36,036 nucleotides of DNA from a virus (IMGVR_UViG_3300046709_000081:1-36036); one strand, 5' to 3'; positions 25,306-34,598 are shown, counted from the first letter of the stretch. Numbers and translations: made by a program. Notes: a model not told the origin generated them from the letters alone.

Positions 25306-25965
25306 TCAAAGAATGACATCGCTCTGTGCTTCAGGTGATTTCTCATTCTGGGCGACAAATTCCCGGAATGAATCACCGAGCAATATATGCTTGATCTTCT
25401 CTCCATCGAGAGTGGTTTTTTCAACTTCACTGATCGGCCAGGGAGTGGCAAGCAACCAAGTGTCGAACGAGACAAATTCACGGTAAAGATTGATCTGGCG
25501 AATCACTTCTGAAACAGGCACTTTCCCCGCCTTGACTTCGATGGCGAAACTGTGTGTTTCGGAGTAATTCGCTTCCTGACTTGTTGTAAGCGGCTCCCAG
25601 AGCGATACGAACATCAGGGAAACATCAAGAAAACCAATCGTGGTTTTGTATTGATCTTTGCCTTTGACAACCGTTTGTTCTGTTCGCGCTTCAGTCCATC
25701 TGAAATCTTTGAGCCTGTATTCCACCGCCACCGCACTTGAATAGCCCCGGCAAACTTGTCGTGTCAGTTTTTGGCTGACGACAACACGGGCTAGCAGTGT
25801 TTTCAGAAGCTGTTGAACGACCTCGGGACGAACCAAGAATTGACAAGCCTGGTCATGGAGAGAATTGCGGCGGTCTTCGTCGCCAAAGCCGAGCCTGGCA
25901 AGAAGCGTCTTGTTGTACGCATGCCCTTCGGTTCCCGTTCTAGCTTGTGCGTTCCAGCTCCCCAT
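25306..25965 (-). CDS. PD-(D/E)XK nuclease-fold protein
   Basis: IGFLDV...AIEVK...IRQINLY; lower GC than neighbours. Confidence 0.65.
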   Translation of the reverse strand: MGSWNAQARTGTEGHAYNKTLLARLGFGDEDRRNSLHDQACQFLVRPEVVQQLLKTLLARVVVSQKLTRQVCRGYSSAVAVEYRLKDFRWTEARTEQTVVKGKDQYKTTIGFLDVSLMFVSLWEPLTTSQEANYSETHSFAIEVKAGKVPVSEVIRQINLYREFVSFDTWLLATPWPISEVEKTTLDGEKIKHILLGDSFREFVAQNEKSPEAQSDVIL

Positions 25966-25981
25966 GATCTTCTCCCTACCA

Positions 25982-26177
25982 GAAAGGTCCGAAAGGTCCG
26001 AAAGGTAGCTGTTAACTCCTTGCAATCCAATAACTTTGAACTTTCGGGTCTATCCGTGAGTAATCCGAAAGGTCGAAAGTTCATTGCAGCGAACTTTCGG
26101 AAAGTAGTGTACAGCACCCGAAAGTTAGTAAGGTGATGACTCATCAGAACTTACGGTCGAACTTTCGGACCTTTCGG
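25982..26177. repeat. Iteron cluster, putative replication origin
   Basis: About 10-12 copies of CCGAAAG(G/T) or its complement in both orientations around an AT-richer stretch, at the 3' end of the primase-helicase gene. Confidence 0.75.
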
Positions 26178-28281
26178 ATGTTTCGTCTTGTTTTGGTGGC
26201 GGCCACCCTTCACGGGCACGCCACACGAAATAACTCACTCCATTGGCATCAACTCGCCTCTTCTTGTTGATGGGTAAGGCGTTGACCTCGGGCGATTTGA
26301 ATGTCTGGTTGAATGACAACCCGGCATCTCTGGCCAGAGTCTTCAAATCTTCGCTGGGCCACTCTGGTTTCTCGCGGAACCGATCCATCAACCATTCGAC
26401 GGCGGATTGCCCGGCTGACTTGCGAGGCATGATTTGATTCATGGCATCATCGGCCGACGTATCGACCTCCTCCAGCCACCGAAGCGTGGCCATGTCATCT
26501 GTCGTGGGCACGATCTCATAGGCGAGTCCTTTGCGCTTGGCGGCGTTGTTCACCTTCAGGGGCAGGTAAAGATTACGGGTCGGTTGCGAAGGGTCAGGGC
26601 AGAACATGTGGGCGGATCGCACGGCGGCAACCCAGGCCACCGAGCCCATCACGCGGGAGAGTGCCTCGATCTTGTTGGCACCCGGTTTGTTGACGTGGGT
26701 GACGAAGACGAGGGCCACATTGCGATCGCGTGCCCAGTTCCGCAGCGGGGCCAGTAACCCGCGTAGCTCGGCGTTGCGATGGTCGTCCACCCTGCCCAAG
26801 TAGCTCGTGGGCGGGTCGATAGCGACCATGCGGACATCCGCGCCCATGTCATCGATGCAGCTGTTCAAGAGATCGAGGGCGGCGAGGCTGAATTGTTCCT
26901 CGCTCTCGGGCGAGAGTAGAGCCAGCCGGGAGAGATCACCACCCAGCGACATGAACCGGGGCACAATCGTATCGTCGGCGTCATCCTCGGCCGAGATGAT
27001 GAGCACTTTCCCGCGTGGGTAGCAGGCACCACCGCCGAACGGGATTTCCCGGCCGGTCGTGACGCGAGCGGCGATGTCACATATGGTGAACGTCTTGCCG
27101 AGTCCGGTCTGACCGGCGAACGTCGTCATCTTGCCCAGCGGTATCCGGCCAGGGCAGAGCCAATCCACCTTGCGCGGCTTGATTGTGTTTGCCCAGATGA
27201 TGAACTTGCCGGGGCCGGGCGTTGCCTTCTGCTCCTTGTTTTGTGGTCGTTCTCGTGGTTTTTTCTTGCCGGATTCCCAGCCCGAGGCAACCGTCAGCAG
27301 GCATTCGCGTGGTTGTAAACCCGCTCGCTCGCCCGATCGTATGAGCGTGGCGCGGGCTTCCTGCTCATCCATCTCGGGCCAATCGGCCAACGTGCCCAGG
27401 TTGAAGGCGGCGATATTGAGCACGTTGTTGCGCTCGCCTTCCGTGGCCAGGGCGACATGGAAGCATTCCCGCTCGATCGCGGATTTCACGTAGGCTTCCA
27501 CCCCGCGCGGCTTGCCCGCATACTTGCTCCAGCGCAGCGGTTCCTCGTGGCCGTTCGCCGGCTCTAGCTTGACTTCAGCACCGATCGCGGCTTGAAGTTG
27601 CTCAATCGTGACTGGCTCGACGGTCTCGGGCTCATAAGTGATCCTGGCGATTCGATGGGGCCGGTCGGGCGTGTTCTCGCCTTTCCGTGCCCATGTGCCC
27701 GGTAGCTTGCAGGGCCGGGGCGCGTCATGCGTGGCCTTGTCGATGTGCGCGGCCTCGGTGTCGAACTTCTCGGCCAGGGCAAGCAGCAGACTCTTGATGA
27801 TCTGTTGCGAAAGATTGTCATTGGGCAGATCCACCCGGTAGAGCAGGTGCCATCCGTTGCCGGAATCGTTGATCACCGGGGCCGGCCAGCCGAGGGCCGT
27901 CAGGTAGTCGAGCACGCTCGACACCACGAGGCTTGCGGCGGCCTTCTCGGCGTCCGTGGCCGAGACATCGGCGGGCCTCGTGGGGTCGATGTCGATCAGC
28001 AGCCAGCGGCGGCAGAGCACGGTTTTCTTGCTGGCCGATTTGCAGCCCGGTTCGACCGGGTTCAAGATCCAAAAAATCGCCTTGGCGCTCCCACCTTCCC
28101 GCACGGCGGCGAGTCCTTCGTCAAGATCAGCGCAGACGCAAGGATGGCCACCACCCTCGAAGATGGTCCTGATCTCGAACGACTGTGCGGGGTCGACGAA
28201 GAGGGAAAGGGCTTTCTGGACGTGGCCGATGTCGCCTGAAAACTGCCCGTTCATGCCGTAAGGGCTGGTAGAGAATTTCAT
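26125..28281 (-). CDS. AEP-type primase fused to a RepA/AAA_25-type helicase
   Basis: LIDIDP and SGNGWH primase motifs; EGERNN domain; Walker A GQTGLGKT, ISAED, VAIDP; GGAGG RBS before ATG 28281. Confidence 0.88.
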   Translation of the reverse strand: MKFSTSPYGMNGQFSGDIGHVQKALSLFVDPAQSFEIRTIFEGGGHPCVCADLDEGLAAVREGGSAKAIFWILNPVEPGCKSASKKTVLCRRWLLIDIDPTRPADVSATDAEKAAASLVVSSVLDYLTALGWPAPVINDSGNGWHLLYRVDLPNDNLSQQIIKSLLLALAEKFDTEAAHIDKATHDAPRPCKLPGTWARKGENTPDRPHRIARITYEPETVEPVTIEQLQAAIGAEVKLEPANGHEEPLRWSKYAGKPRGVEAYVKSAIERECFHVALATEGERNNVLNIAAFNLGTLADWPEMDEQEARATLIRSGERAGLQPRECLLTVASGWESGKKKPRERPQNKEQKATPGPGKFIIWANTIKPRKVDWLCPGRIPLGKMTTFAGQTGLGKTFTICDIAARVTTGREIPFGGGACYPRGKVLIISAEDDADDTIVPRFMSLGGDLSRLALLSPESEEQFSLAALDLLNSCIDDMGADVRMVAIDPPTSYLGRVDDHRNAELRGLLAPLRNWARDRNVALVFVTHVNKPGANKIEALSRVMGSVAWVAAVRSAHMFCPDPSQPTRNLYLPLKVNNAAKRKGLAYEIVPTTDDMATLRWLEEVDTSADDAMNQIMPRKSAGQSAVEWLMDRFREKPEWPSEDLKTLARDAGLSFNQTFKSPEVNALPINKKRRVDANGVSYFVWRAREGWPPPKQDETSERSESSTVSSDESSPY

Positions 28282-28474
28282 GATGCTGCGCCTCCACGGC
28301 GCATAGGAAGGGGTAGACAACCCGGTACCAGCGGATTGCCTACCCCGAAGCCACCCCGGAAGGGTGAACCAATGACAATCATAGCACTCTGGTACCGCGC
28401 CGTGAATGTCGCTATTGAAGCATAGTAAATCATGGCGCTCGGTACTTGTAAAGAGTGTGGATTTATTGCACCGA

Positions 28475-28675
28475 TTAACTGAGGGCCGGCTTTTGAATCC
28501 GGCCGTACTCACGTTTGACATCTTCGCGGGCGGCGGCTTGCAGATGCTTGGTGATCAGCACGGGATCATCTGCCTCGTCCAGATCCGCCCAATAAGTCAC
28601 TTCCAACCCGAGCGAGTTGTAATCACCCAGATTGAACTTGCGGGAATAGCTCACCGAAATCTGTTTGATACGCAT
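28475..28675 (-). CDS. Hypothetical phage protein (66 aa)
   Basis: I.VSYSRKFNLGDYNS motif; TGATG coupling. Confidence 0.65.
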   Translation of the reverse strand: MRIKQISVSYSRKFNLGDYNSLGLEVTYWADLDEADDPVLITKHLQAAAREDVKREYGRIQKPALS

Positions 28676-29115
28676 CAGAACGCCGGGCCTTCCTCGCCGT
28701 TCCACTCCTCGTCGGCCTCGGCCTGGGTGACGACCGGGGCCGGCTTCTTGCTGGGCTGGCCATGTCCGTTAGCGGGCTGGCTGGCGGCGGCTCGGGTGGC
28801 ATCCTCGTCGACCATGATGCTGTCGACCTTCTTGCCCTCGAACAGTGCCTTGCCGACCGTGAGCACGATCCGCTTGCCGGCCCAGTCGTCGGTTTCGTCG
28901 CCGTAGATTTCGGCCAGGGCCGTGCCGTTGGTCTTGTTCAGCACCAGCCCCTTGTCCTGGCCCTTCAGCCAGGCGACCAGCTTGGTCTTGCGCTCGGTTC
29001 CACGGCCGATCTCCTCTTCCGTGACCTCGGTGATGGTGGTCCTGATGCCACGGGGCATCGGGACATCGGCCGACTTCATCCACTGTCCACCGTAGCTCTG
29101 ACTTACCCTTGCCAT
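28675..29115 (-). CDS. Putative ssDNA-binding protein
   Basis: GLVLNKTN...YGDETDDW.GK.I.L core, flexible linker, acidic ...EEGPAF tail; upstream of the replication gene. Confidence 0.55.
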   Translation of the reverse strand: MARVSQSYGGQWMKSADVPMPRGIRTTITEVTEEEIGRGTERKTKLVAWLKGQDKGLVLNKTNGTALAEIYGDETDDWAGKRIVLTVGKALFEGKKVDSIMVDEDATRAAASQPANGHGQPSKKPAPVVTQAEADEEWNGEEGPAF

Positions 29116-29126
29116 TGCAGTTCCTT

Positions 29127-29387
29127 TCAACTCAGATTGGTTTCGTTTCGACTCAGGTCATTGGCCGGCGAAGTCACGTCGCCGGGCGTGCGTAGCGGGC
29201 CTAGAATCTCGTCCGTGGCTTGGCGGGCCTGCGCGGAGTCAAATGCTCCGCTCAGGCGAAACGCGCAGTACAGGGCTTGCCGCTGGGCGACATGCTCGGG
29301 CATGCCGAGGCGGCGGAACCGCTGGGCGAAGCGTTCGAACCATTCGCACATCTGATGATCGGTGACGCCTCGACTGCGGGTGCTCAT
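29127..29387 (-). CDS. Hypothetical protein
   Basis: GGAG RBS, ATGA coupling. Confidence 0.5.
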   Translation of the reverse strand: MSTRSRGVTDHQMCEWFERFAQRFRRLGMPEHVAQRQALYCAFRLSGAFDSAQARQATDEILGPLRTPGDVTSPANDLSRNETNLS

Positions 29388-29578
29388 GCTGGGCTCCGTG
29401 GGAATTCGGCGTCGAAGTAAGCAGCCCACTCGCGGGCCGTGGCGGGCTTCGCCTGGCGTAGCTCGATATCGGCCAGGGCGAGCCGATCGAGGGCGTGTCT
29501 GGCCTCCATGTGCTCAGCCCACTCGCGGCAGGCCGAGCACATGCAGTAATCGCGGTGCGTCGAGCGGTCTTGGGTCAA
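29384..29578 (-). CDS. Hypothetical protein with CxCxxC motif
   Basis: TTGA coupling; HRDYCMCSAC. Confidence 0.5.
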   Translation of the reverse strand: MTQDRSTHRDYCMCSACREWAEHMEARHALDRLALADIELRQAKPATAREWAAYFDAEFPRSPA

Positions 29579-29814
29579 ACGGTCGGGCAAGACGCACCTC
29601 CCGTCATCTCGAAATCCCAGCAAGCCTGGTGGTAGCGCGCGGGGTGGAAGGGCTCGCCAAGCTCGTAGCACTCGACGTACTGACTGCCGGCCTCGATCAC
29701 GCCGGGGCAGTCGGGATTCGTCCAGTCTCTTCCTGGACGCGACCGATGCTCGCAACGGTGGGCCTTGCGAGCCTTGCGAATCGTGTGGTTGTATTTTTCG
29801 CTTGCGTTTGACAT
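29575..29814 (-). CDS. Small putative Zn-binding protein
   Basis: RKARKAHRC...C...I..G..Y...H..C pattern. Confidence 0.6.
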   Translation of the reverse strand: MSNASEKYNHTIRKARKAHRCEHRSRPGRDWTNPDCPGVIEAGSQYVECYELGEPFHPARYHQACWDFEMTGGASCPTV

Positions 29815-29854
29815 GATCAATCTTGCCTTCTCTTGTTGTCAGTTGTGGTTCGCG

Positions 29855-29893
29855 GGGCCGCTTCCTTGTGGCAGGGGAAGCGGCCCTTTGTTT
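29855..29893 (+). terminator. Strong intergenic hairpin; U-tract on the + (antisense) side
   Basis: GGGCCGCTTCC/GGAAGCGGCCC stem followed by TTTGTTT. Confidence 0.55.
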
Positions 29894-30140
29894 AAGTTGT
29901 CAGTTTGGAAAGGGCTTTCTCGCAACGGTCGCAAGCGTCCATCGCGGTCCAGTCCCAATCAAAATTGCCGTCAATAACGTGGTCGGAAGCGCCAACGGTC
30001 TCGGTGATCACATATCCCCAGGTGCTGGCGAATCTCAGCACCGCAGCGTGGAACCTGCCAACCGTCTTTACCCACTCCTCGTGGGCTAACACATCGTGTT
30101 CTTGCCAGTCTTTGAAACAGGCTGGGGCGGGTGCTTTCAT
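29892..30140 (-). CDS. Hypothetical protein (82 aa)
   Basis: GGAGG RBS, ATGA coupling. Confidence 0.6.
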   Translation of the reverse strand: MKAPAPACFKDWQEHDVLAHEEWVKTVGRFHAAVLRFASTWGYVITETVGASDHVIDGNFDWDWTAMDACDRCEKALSKLTT

Positions 30141-30457
30141 AAGTATTCCTCCATGTCGGTTGCTTCATCGCCGAATTCCTCGGCGACCTGTGCGGCGGCA
30201 TGGCTGAGTGCCATCGCGGTCAGATTGCGGGTGACACCATCCGAGAAGGTGAAGGTGTCGGGCACGATCCGCGCTCGCATCGCGCGGCGGTAGACGACCA
30301 GGCAGTCGTGGATCTTGCACGCGATCTCATCCACCAGTTCCGGGTCGTGATAGCCTCGGGCCTCATCGAGCAATTCCCGGATCTCGGCTTCACGCCGAGA
30401 GATCAGCGGTCGCTTCCAGTTGCTTTGGGGCACGGGTTTTTCTCCTTTGCGGTTCAT
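30137..30457 (-). CDS. Hypothetical protein
   Basis: Co-oriented in the early operon; alternative GTG start after AAAGGAG. Confidence 0.6.
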   Translation of the reverse strand: MNRKGEKPVPQSNWKRPLISRREAEIRELLDEARGYHDPELVDEIACKIHDCLVVYRRAMRARIVPDTFTFSDGVTRNLTAMALSHAAAQVAEEFGDEATDMEEYL

Positions 30458-30608
30458 TGGCCAGTTTTTCGGTGAGTAGAAATTCGCGTAACACTTCCTC
30501 GTTCAGCCATGATGCCGACACCCGGCGCTTGCGGGCCTCGGCCTTCAGCTGACGCCAGACGTCAGGATCGATGTAGATGGTGCTTCTGATATGCATTGGC
30601 GGGCTCAT
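30390..30608 (-). CDS. RHH (CopG/Arc-like) regulator in the Cro position
   Basis: RSTIYID..VW..LK.EA.KR.VS.S.L.EEVLREFL. Confidence 0.7.
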   Translation of the reverse strand: MSPPMHIRSTIYIDPDVWRQLKAEARKRRVSASWLNEEVLREFLLTEKLANEPQRRKTRAPKQLEATADLSA

Positions 30609-30609
30609 A

Positions 30610-30766
30610 AAACATAGGTTGTATGTTTGACGCAACCAGACAGTAACCGCTGGGTCATGACTTTGCAAGAGCCTGCCGAAAGATTTTTCATGCCGACGTT
30701 GTTTTATCGAGTCATGACGTTGTAATATTACAACCTATTGACAGGTAGGTGTTACCGGGTAATATA
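30610..30766. promoter_or_regulatory. Divergent promoter/operator region
   Basis: Leftward TTGCAA-17-TACTGT (30668-30640); rightward TTGACA-16-TAATAT from 30738; palindromes GTTGTAATATTACAAC (30719-30734) and GTCATGAC twice. Confidence 0.7.
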
Positions 30767-30825
30767 AAAAGCTACGGGTCAGTGAAATGGGGTAAGTCGA
30801 GCTTTTTTTGACTGGACTTTAGACA

Positions 30826-31209
30826 ATGGCACGACGCGCAGAAAAGCGGAACAACATCCAGGTTGGCGTCACGGACGAAGCCGTGTCAGATCTGACGATC
30901 CTCGCGGCCAAGGTCGGTAGGCAAATCGGGCTCCCTCGGCTCACGCGGGCCACACTCGCGACATGGGCGGTCTATCACCTGCTATCGATCACATGCGAGC
31001 AGGCGACAGAGATTGTCAAAGCAGGCAGGAAGATGGAAGCGAAATTCCTGGGTGACAATCCAGGGCATGGCAACGGCGCGCACTCAGGGCCGGTCGTCCG
31101 GGGCAAGCGCTCGAAGGCGACTCTCGGAATCCCCATCCCCAAGCGTATCGATCGCCGTCCCAAAGGGCGGGCCACTCAGGATCAGCTCGTCCTCGAAGTC
31201 GGTGATTGA
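30826..31209 (+). CDS. Putative repressor, RHH-like N-terminus
   Basis: Divergent from the early operon; NIQVGV strand followed by two helices. Confidence 0.5.
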   Translation: MARRAEKRNNIQVGVTDEAVSDLTILAAKVGRQIGLPRLTRATLATWAVYHLLSITCEQATEIVKAGRKMEAKFLGDNPGHGNGAHSGPVVRGKRSKATLGIPIPKRIDRRPKGRATQDQLVLEVGD

Positions 31210-31593
31210 CCAGCTCTCGGCACCCACCAGACTCGCCAGCACGGCCGCGAGCGCCGATCGCCGTACGCGCAGTATGCGATGCGAGAGCGATAAACCGTTC
31301 ACGATATGATCGGATCGGCCTTCGTCGTAAAGGGGCCGGCTCTCGGGGATGTCCATCGTCTGCTCCGTGTCCTGGGTGCGAGCGCAAGCTGATGAGATGC
31401 AAGAGTAACTTACGTGCATCAGTTTTGCCGATCAAGCCCTCTTGTTAAACATGGCACCACGCATGCTTAAAGTCTGGAGATGCGCCAGGTCATGACTTGA
31501 CGAACAGTATGACGCGTGTTGAAATTTGGCATCATCGACGTTGGGGGATGTGCCTCCTCTTGTTGTAAATCATCGTGTTCTTGAGTGCACTTG

Positions 31594-31625
31594 CCATTCG
31601 CCCTTTCGAGGGCGCGGATTGAAAC
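31594..31625 (+). CRISPR. Solitary type I-C-like CRISPR repeat (no array, no cas genes)
   Basis: TCGCCCT-TTCG-AGGGCG-CGG-ATTGAAAC: GC hairpin plus the ATTGAAAC 3' end. Confidence 0.6.
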
Positions 31626-32100
31626 ATAACTCGACTCGCTCCACACCCGAATACCGACCGCAACAGGCTCAAGCGCTGCGAGCCGCTGTCAACAACCATC
31701 AACTAAAGCTGATGGTTTGGACCTGTACTCGCCAGTGATCTGGCTTTCCGATCCTTGAGGAGCATTGACTGACCCCCTTGCTTCGAGTTGCCCCGAAGCG
31801 ATTGGCCGAAGCGTCTCACGACGAGTTCGGGCGGCTATGAAACTGGTTCTCCCGAAGGAGTGTCTTTAGCCGCATGTTTCCTCTGATCATGGTTGCTGTT
31901 TTACCTGGGAGCCTTCCTCCCAGAACCGGCAACAGCGAGTTGTCAAAGAACCATTCGAGTGTACCAATTATCAGCGTGCCAGCAAACTGCTGTTTTGATT
32001 TATCAACAACGGGGAATGGGGCATAACCAGGCTTGCACCACATGCGCCTCGCAGCCGCAATAGGCTCACGCGGACAGAGCCCCTGTGGCCAGTCCCCCTC

Positions 32101-32412
32101 TTGACTCCATCGTCCAGGTGTCCGCATGGCATCAGGATCAGGGTCGGGCGGGTCTGCGGAGTCTGCCACGCGGCGGCTCGGGTCACGCAAAACGCGATCG
32201 AGGCAATGGACGCACCGCCGCCAACCAATCCCGAGGACCTGGCCCTGGCCCAGATCGCGTTTTTTCATGACTGGCTACGGTCTCACCCTCGGGCACCGAC
32301 CCGCATGAAACTCCACATCGTGCGGCAGATCGCTCGGCTTGAGGCGGTTGTGCGTGAGTGGATTCCCACAAAATACCGGCCACAAACTGATCTCAAAGGG
32401 GGCCGCGCGTGA
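32101..32412 (+). CDS. Hypothetical protein (start uncertain)
   Basis: Stop coupled by GTGA to the next ORF. Confidence 0.45.
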   Translation: MTPSSRCPHGIRIRVGRVCGVCHAAARVTQNAIEAMDAPPPTNPEDLALAQIAFFHDWLRSHPRAPTRMKLHIVRQIARLEAVVREWIPTKYRPQTDLKGGRA

Positions 32413-32579
32413 CCATCACGACTGACGGCGGAACCGTATTCACCGTGAAAGATAAACAGGTGACGATCCATAGAACGGGTCAACCCGATCACGTCGCGCC
32501 ACTGGGTGATCTGCTGGAATTCCTGCATCTGTATGAGATCGAGGGCGATAACGACGATTTCGAGGGGGACGAACCGTGA
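32409..32579 (+). CDS. Hypothetical protein (56 aa)
   Basis: GTGA-coupled at both ends; MTITTDGGTVFTVKDK... Confidence 0.55.
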   Translation: MTITTDGGTVFTVKDKQVTIHRTGQPDHVAPLGDLLEFLHLYEIEGDNDDFEGDEP

Positions 32580-33793
32580 TCCGACCCGACTGGAAAGACC
32601 TCGCCTGGCTGATCGGCTTTATCCTCGGCTGGCTACTCTCGTGGCTCCCGGCACCAGCTCGCGCCGGCGGCTTCGATGATGTCGCCGTGCGCGTGGTCAA
32701 CCAGCGCGGTCCGATCGCGGACATCGGCTCGGGCACTCTCGTTGCCGGCGATGGGCGAACAGCACTGGTGATCACCTGCAAGCATATCTTCGCCGAGGGC
32801 CGGGGCGTGCTCACCGTCGAGCGGACCAACCACACGCGCTATCCGGCTCGCCTGCTGGGCACCAGCCGCTTCAACGATATCTCAGCGCTCGAAATACCCG
32901 ACCCCGGCGTCCGGCCGCTCCGTATCGCCAGCCAGCAGCCTCGGGCGGCAACGCTGATCGGCTGGGGCTCGACGCAGCGGGCATGGAAACACCGGGGCAC
33001 CCTGACCGAGATCGCGGGCCGAACCGCGTTCTATTCGTTCACACCCGAGGAAGGTGACTCGGGCGGCGGGGCCTTCGATGACACCGGAGCGCTCGCGGGG
33101 GTCGTCTGGGGTACGGACGGCAGCTCGGGGGCCACCGTTCCGCTCAGCGACCTCCGCGCGGCTCTCGCCGGGCCGGCTTGCTCGCGGTACTTCCGCCAGA
33201 CCTCCACGAAAGTAGGTAATCCCATGTTCCCCTTGATCCTCGCGGCCGGAATGATAGGCCAGATGCCGCCGATGCCCGACAAGTCGCCTCCGGCGCAGCA
33301 GCTCCCGGCACCGCCCAGCAAGACGCTGCCGAGCCCCCAGACACGGGCCACGCCGCAAGCAACGCCCATGCCGGCCTTTGTACCCGCGCAGCAGTACGAG
33401 GCAGCACCGCAGTACGAGCTTGCCCAGGCACCGGCGCTCGATATCCCGATCACGTTCCGGGTTCGCATCAGGCCACAGATCGATATCCAGGCTGATGCCT
33501 ACGCATCGGCACCACGGGCGCAAGTCTACGCACCGCAACCCCAGGCGATCACCTACGGCGGCGGCGGTTGCTACGGCGGCAGCTATAGCGCGGGCTCCTA
33601 CGGCCTCAACGTGGCCAGCTATGCGGCACCAGCGGCGGCGGTCATTTGCCCGAGCGGGGCTTGCTACGGCGGCGGTCTGAGCGTGGGCGGGTTCGGGCTT
33701 GCGAGCAGGCCGTTCGGCCGCAAGATCAAGATCAAGGAGGGGCCGGGCATCGGCTTGGGACCGAGGGGCCTGCGGGAGTTGCTTGGGCGATGA
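32576..33793 (+). CDS. Exported trypsin-like (S1) serine protease with Pro/Gln/Gly-rich C-terminal region
   Basis: Hydrophobic N-terminus; catalytic triad motifs ITCKH, NDISA, GDSGG. Confidence 0.85.
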   Translation: MIRPDWKDLAWLIGFILGWLLSWLPAPARAGGFDDVAVRVVNQRGPIADIGSGTLVAGDGRTALVITCKHIFAEGRGVLTVERTNHTRYPARLLGTSRFNDISALEIPDPGVRPLRIASQQPRAATLIGWGSTQRAWKHRGTLTEIAGRTAFYSFTPEEGDSGGGAFDDTGALAGVVWGTDGSSGATVPLSDLRAALAGPACSRYFRQTSTKVGNPMFPLILAAGMIGQMPPMPDKSPPAQQLPAPPSKTLPSPQTRATPQATPMPAFVPAQQYEAAPQYELAQAPALDIPITFRVRIRPQIDIQADAYASAPRAQVYAPQPQAITYGGGGCYGGSYSAGSYGLNVASYAAPAAAVICPSGACYGGGLSVGGFGLASRPFGRKIKIKEGPGIGLGPRGLRELLGR

Positions 33794-34482
33794 TCGACCT
33801 ACGGCTCGGCGATTGCCTGGAAATTCTGCCGACGATCGAGGCGGGCAGCGTCGATGCCGTCGTGACTGATCCTCCCTACGGAATCGGCTTCAAGTATGAT
33901 TCCGGGGCCGAGATTGCCAAGACGCCGGAAGCCTACTGGAAGTGGCTCCGTCCCCGGTATCAAGAATGGTGGCGATGCTTGAAGCCTGGCGGCTTCATGG
34001 CAGTGTGGCAAACACAGCTAAACTTTCGCCACTTCTGGGATTGGTTCGGCGATCGAATCCGAATCTACGCGGCTTGCAAAAACTTCGTGCAGATCAGGCC
34101 AACCGCGATCAATTACGCTTATGATCCGGTCGTGATGGTTTATAAGGAAGGGAAGCCACTCAGGCCAGACAACCCGTCTCGAAGCGTTGATTTCTACGTT
34201 GGTAACACAGCAGGAATCATCAGCGATACCAAGAGAATCGAGAAGGGCCATCCCTGCCCAAGACCTCTCGATCAGGTCTTGGAGATCATCCAGAACTTTG
34301 TGATTCCAGGCGGGCTTGTTCTAGATCCATTCCTGGGCTCGGGCACGACGGCGATAGCCTGTTACCGATCCTGGCGTCGATGCATCGGCATCGAAATTGA
34401 TTTCGGTTACTTCGCCATCGCCCAGAAACGGATCGCGGCCGAGCAAGCCAAGATGTCTCTCTTTGCGGGCCTCGAAGTCTAG
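33790..34482 (+). CDS. Orphan N4-C/N6-A DNA methyltransferase, beta class
   Basis: GDCLE, TDPPY, HPCPRP, VLDPFLGSGTT; ATGA coupling at 33790. Confidence 0.92.
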   Translation: MIDLRLGDCLEILPTIEAGSVDAVVTDPPYGIGFKYDSGAEIAKTPEAYWKWLRPRYQEWWRCLKPGGFMAVWQTQLNFRHFWDWFGDRIRIYAACKNFVQIRPTAINYAYDPVVMVYKEGKPLRPDNPSRSVDFYVGNTAGIISDTKRIEKGHPCPRPLDQVLEIIQNFVIPGGLVLDPFLGSGTTAIACYRSWRRCIGIEIDFGYFAIAQKRIAAEQAKMSLFAGLEV

Positions 34483-34487
34483 CGCGG

Positions 34488-34598
34488 GTGTACGTGCTCG
34501 CGGTCCTGCTCCTGCTTCTCATCGTCATCGTGCTCGGGGCAATCCTCACCACCTGGACCAGCGACCATGACGAGCCGCGCAAAAAGCCTCGCCGTTGA
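34488..34598 (+). CDS. Single-TM micropeptide (36 aa)
   Basis: MYVLAVLLLLLIVIVLGAILTTW followed by a charged tail. Confidence 0.45.
   Translation: MYVLAVLLLLLIVIVLGAILTTWTSDHDEPRKKPRR

Noticed and set aside
28282-28521. 80-aa N-terminal extension of the 798-aa primase-helicase ORF
   Set aside because: It overlaps the upstream gene, has non-protein-like composition, and a GGAGG RBS precedes ATG 28281
31640-31800. Further degenerate CRISPR repeats forming an array
   Set aside because: The downstream hairpins share no sequence with the ATTGAAAC repeat
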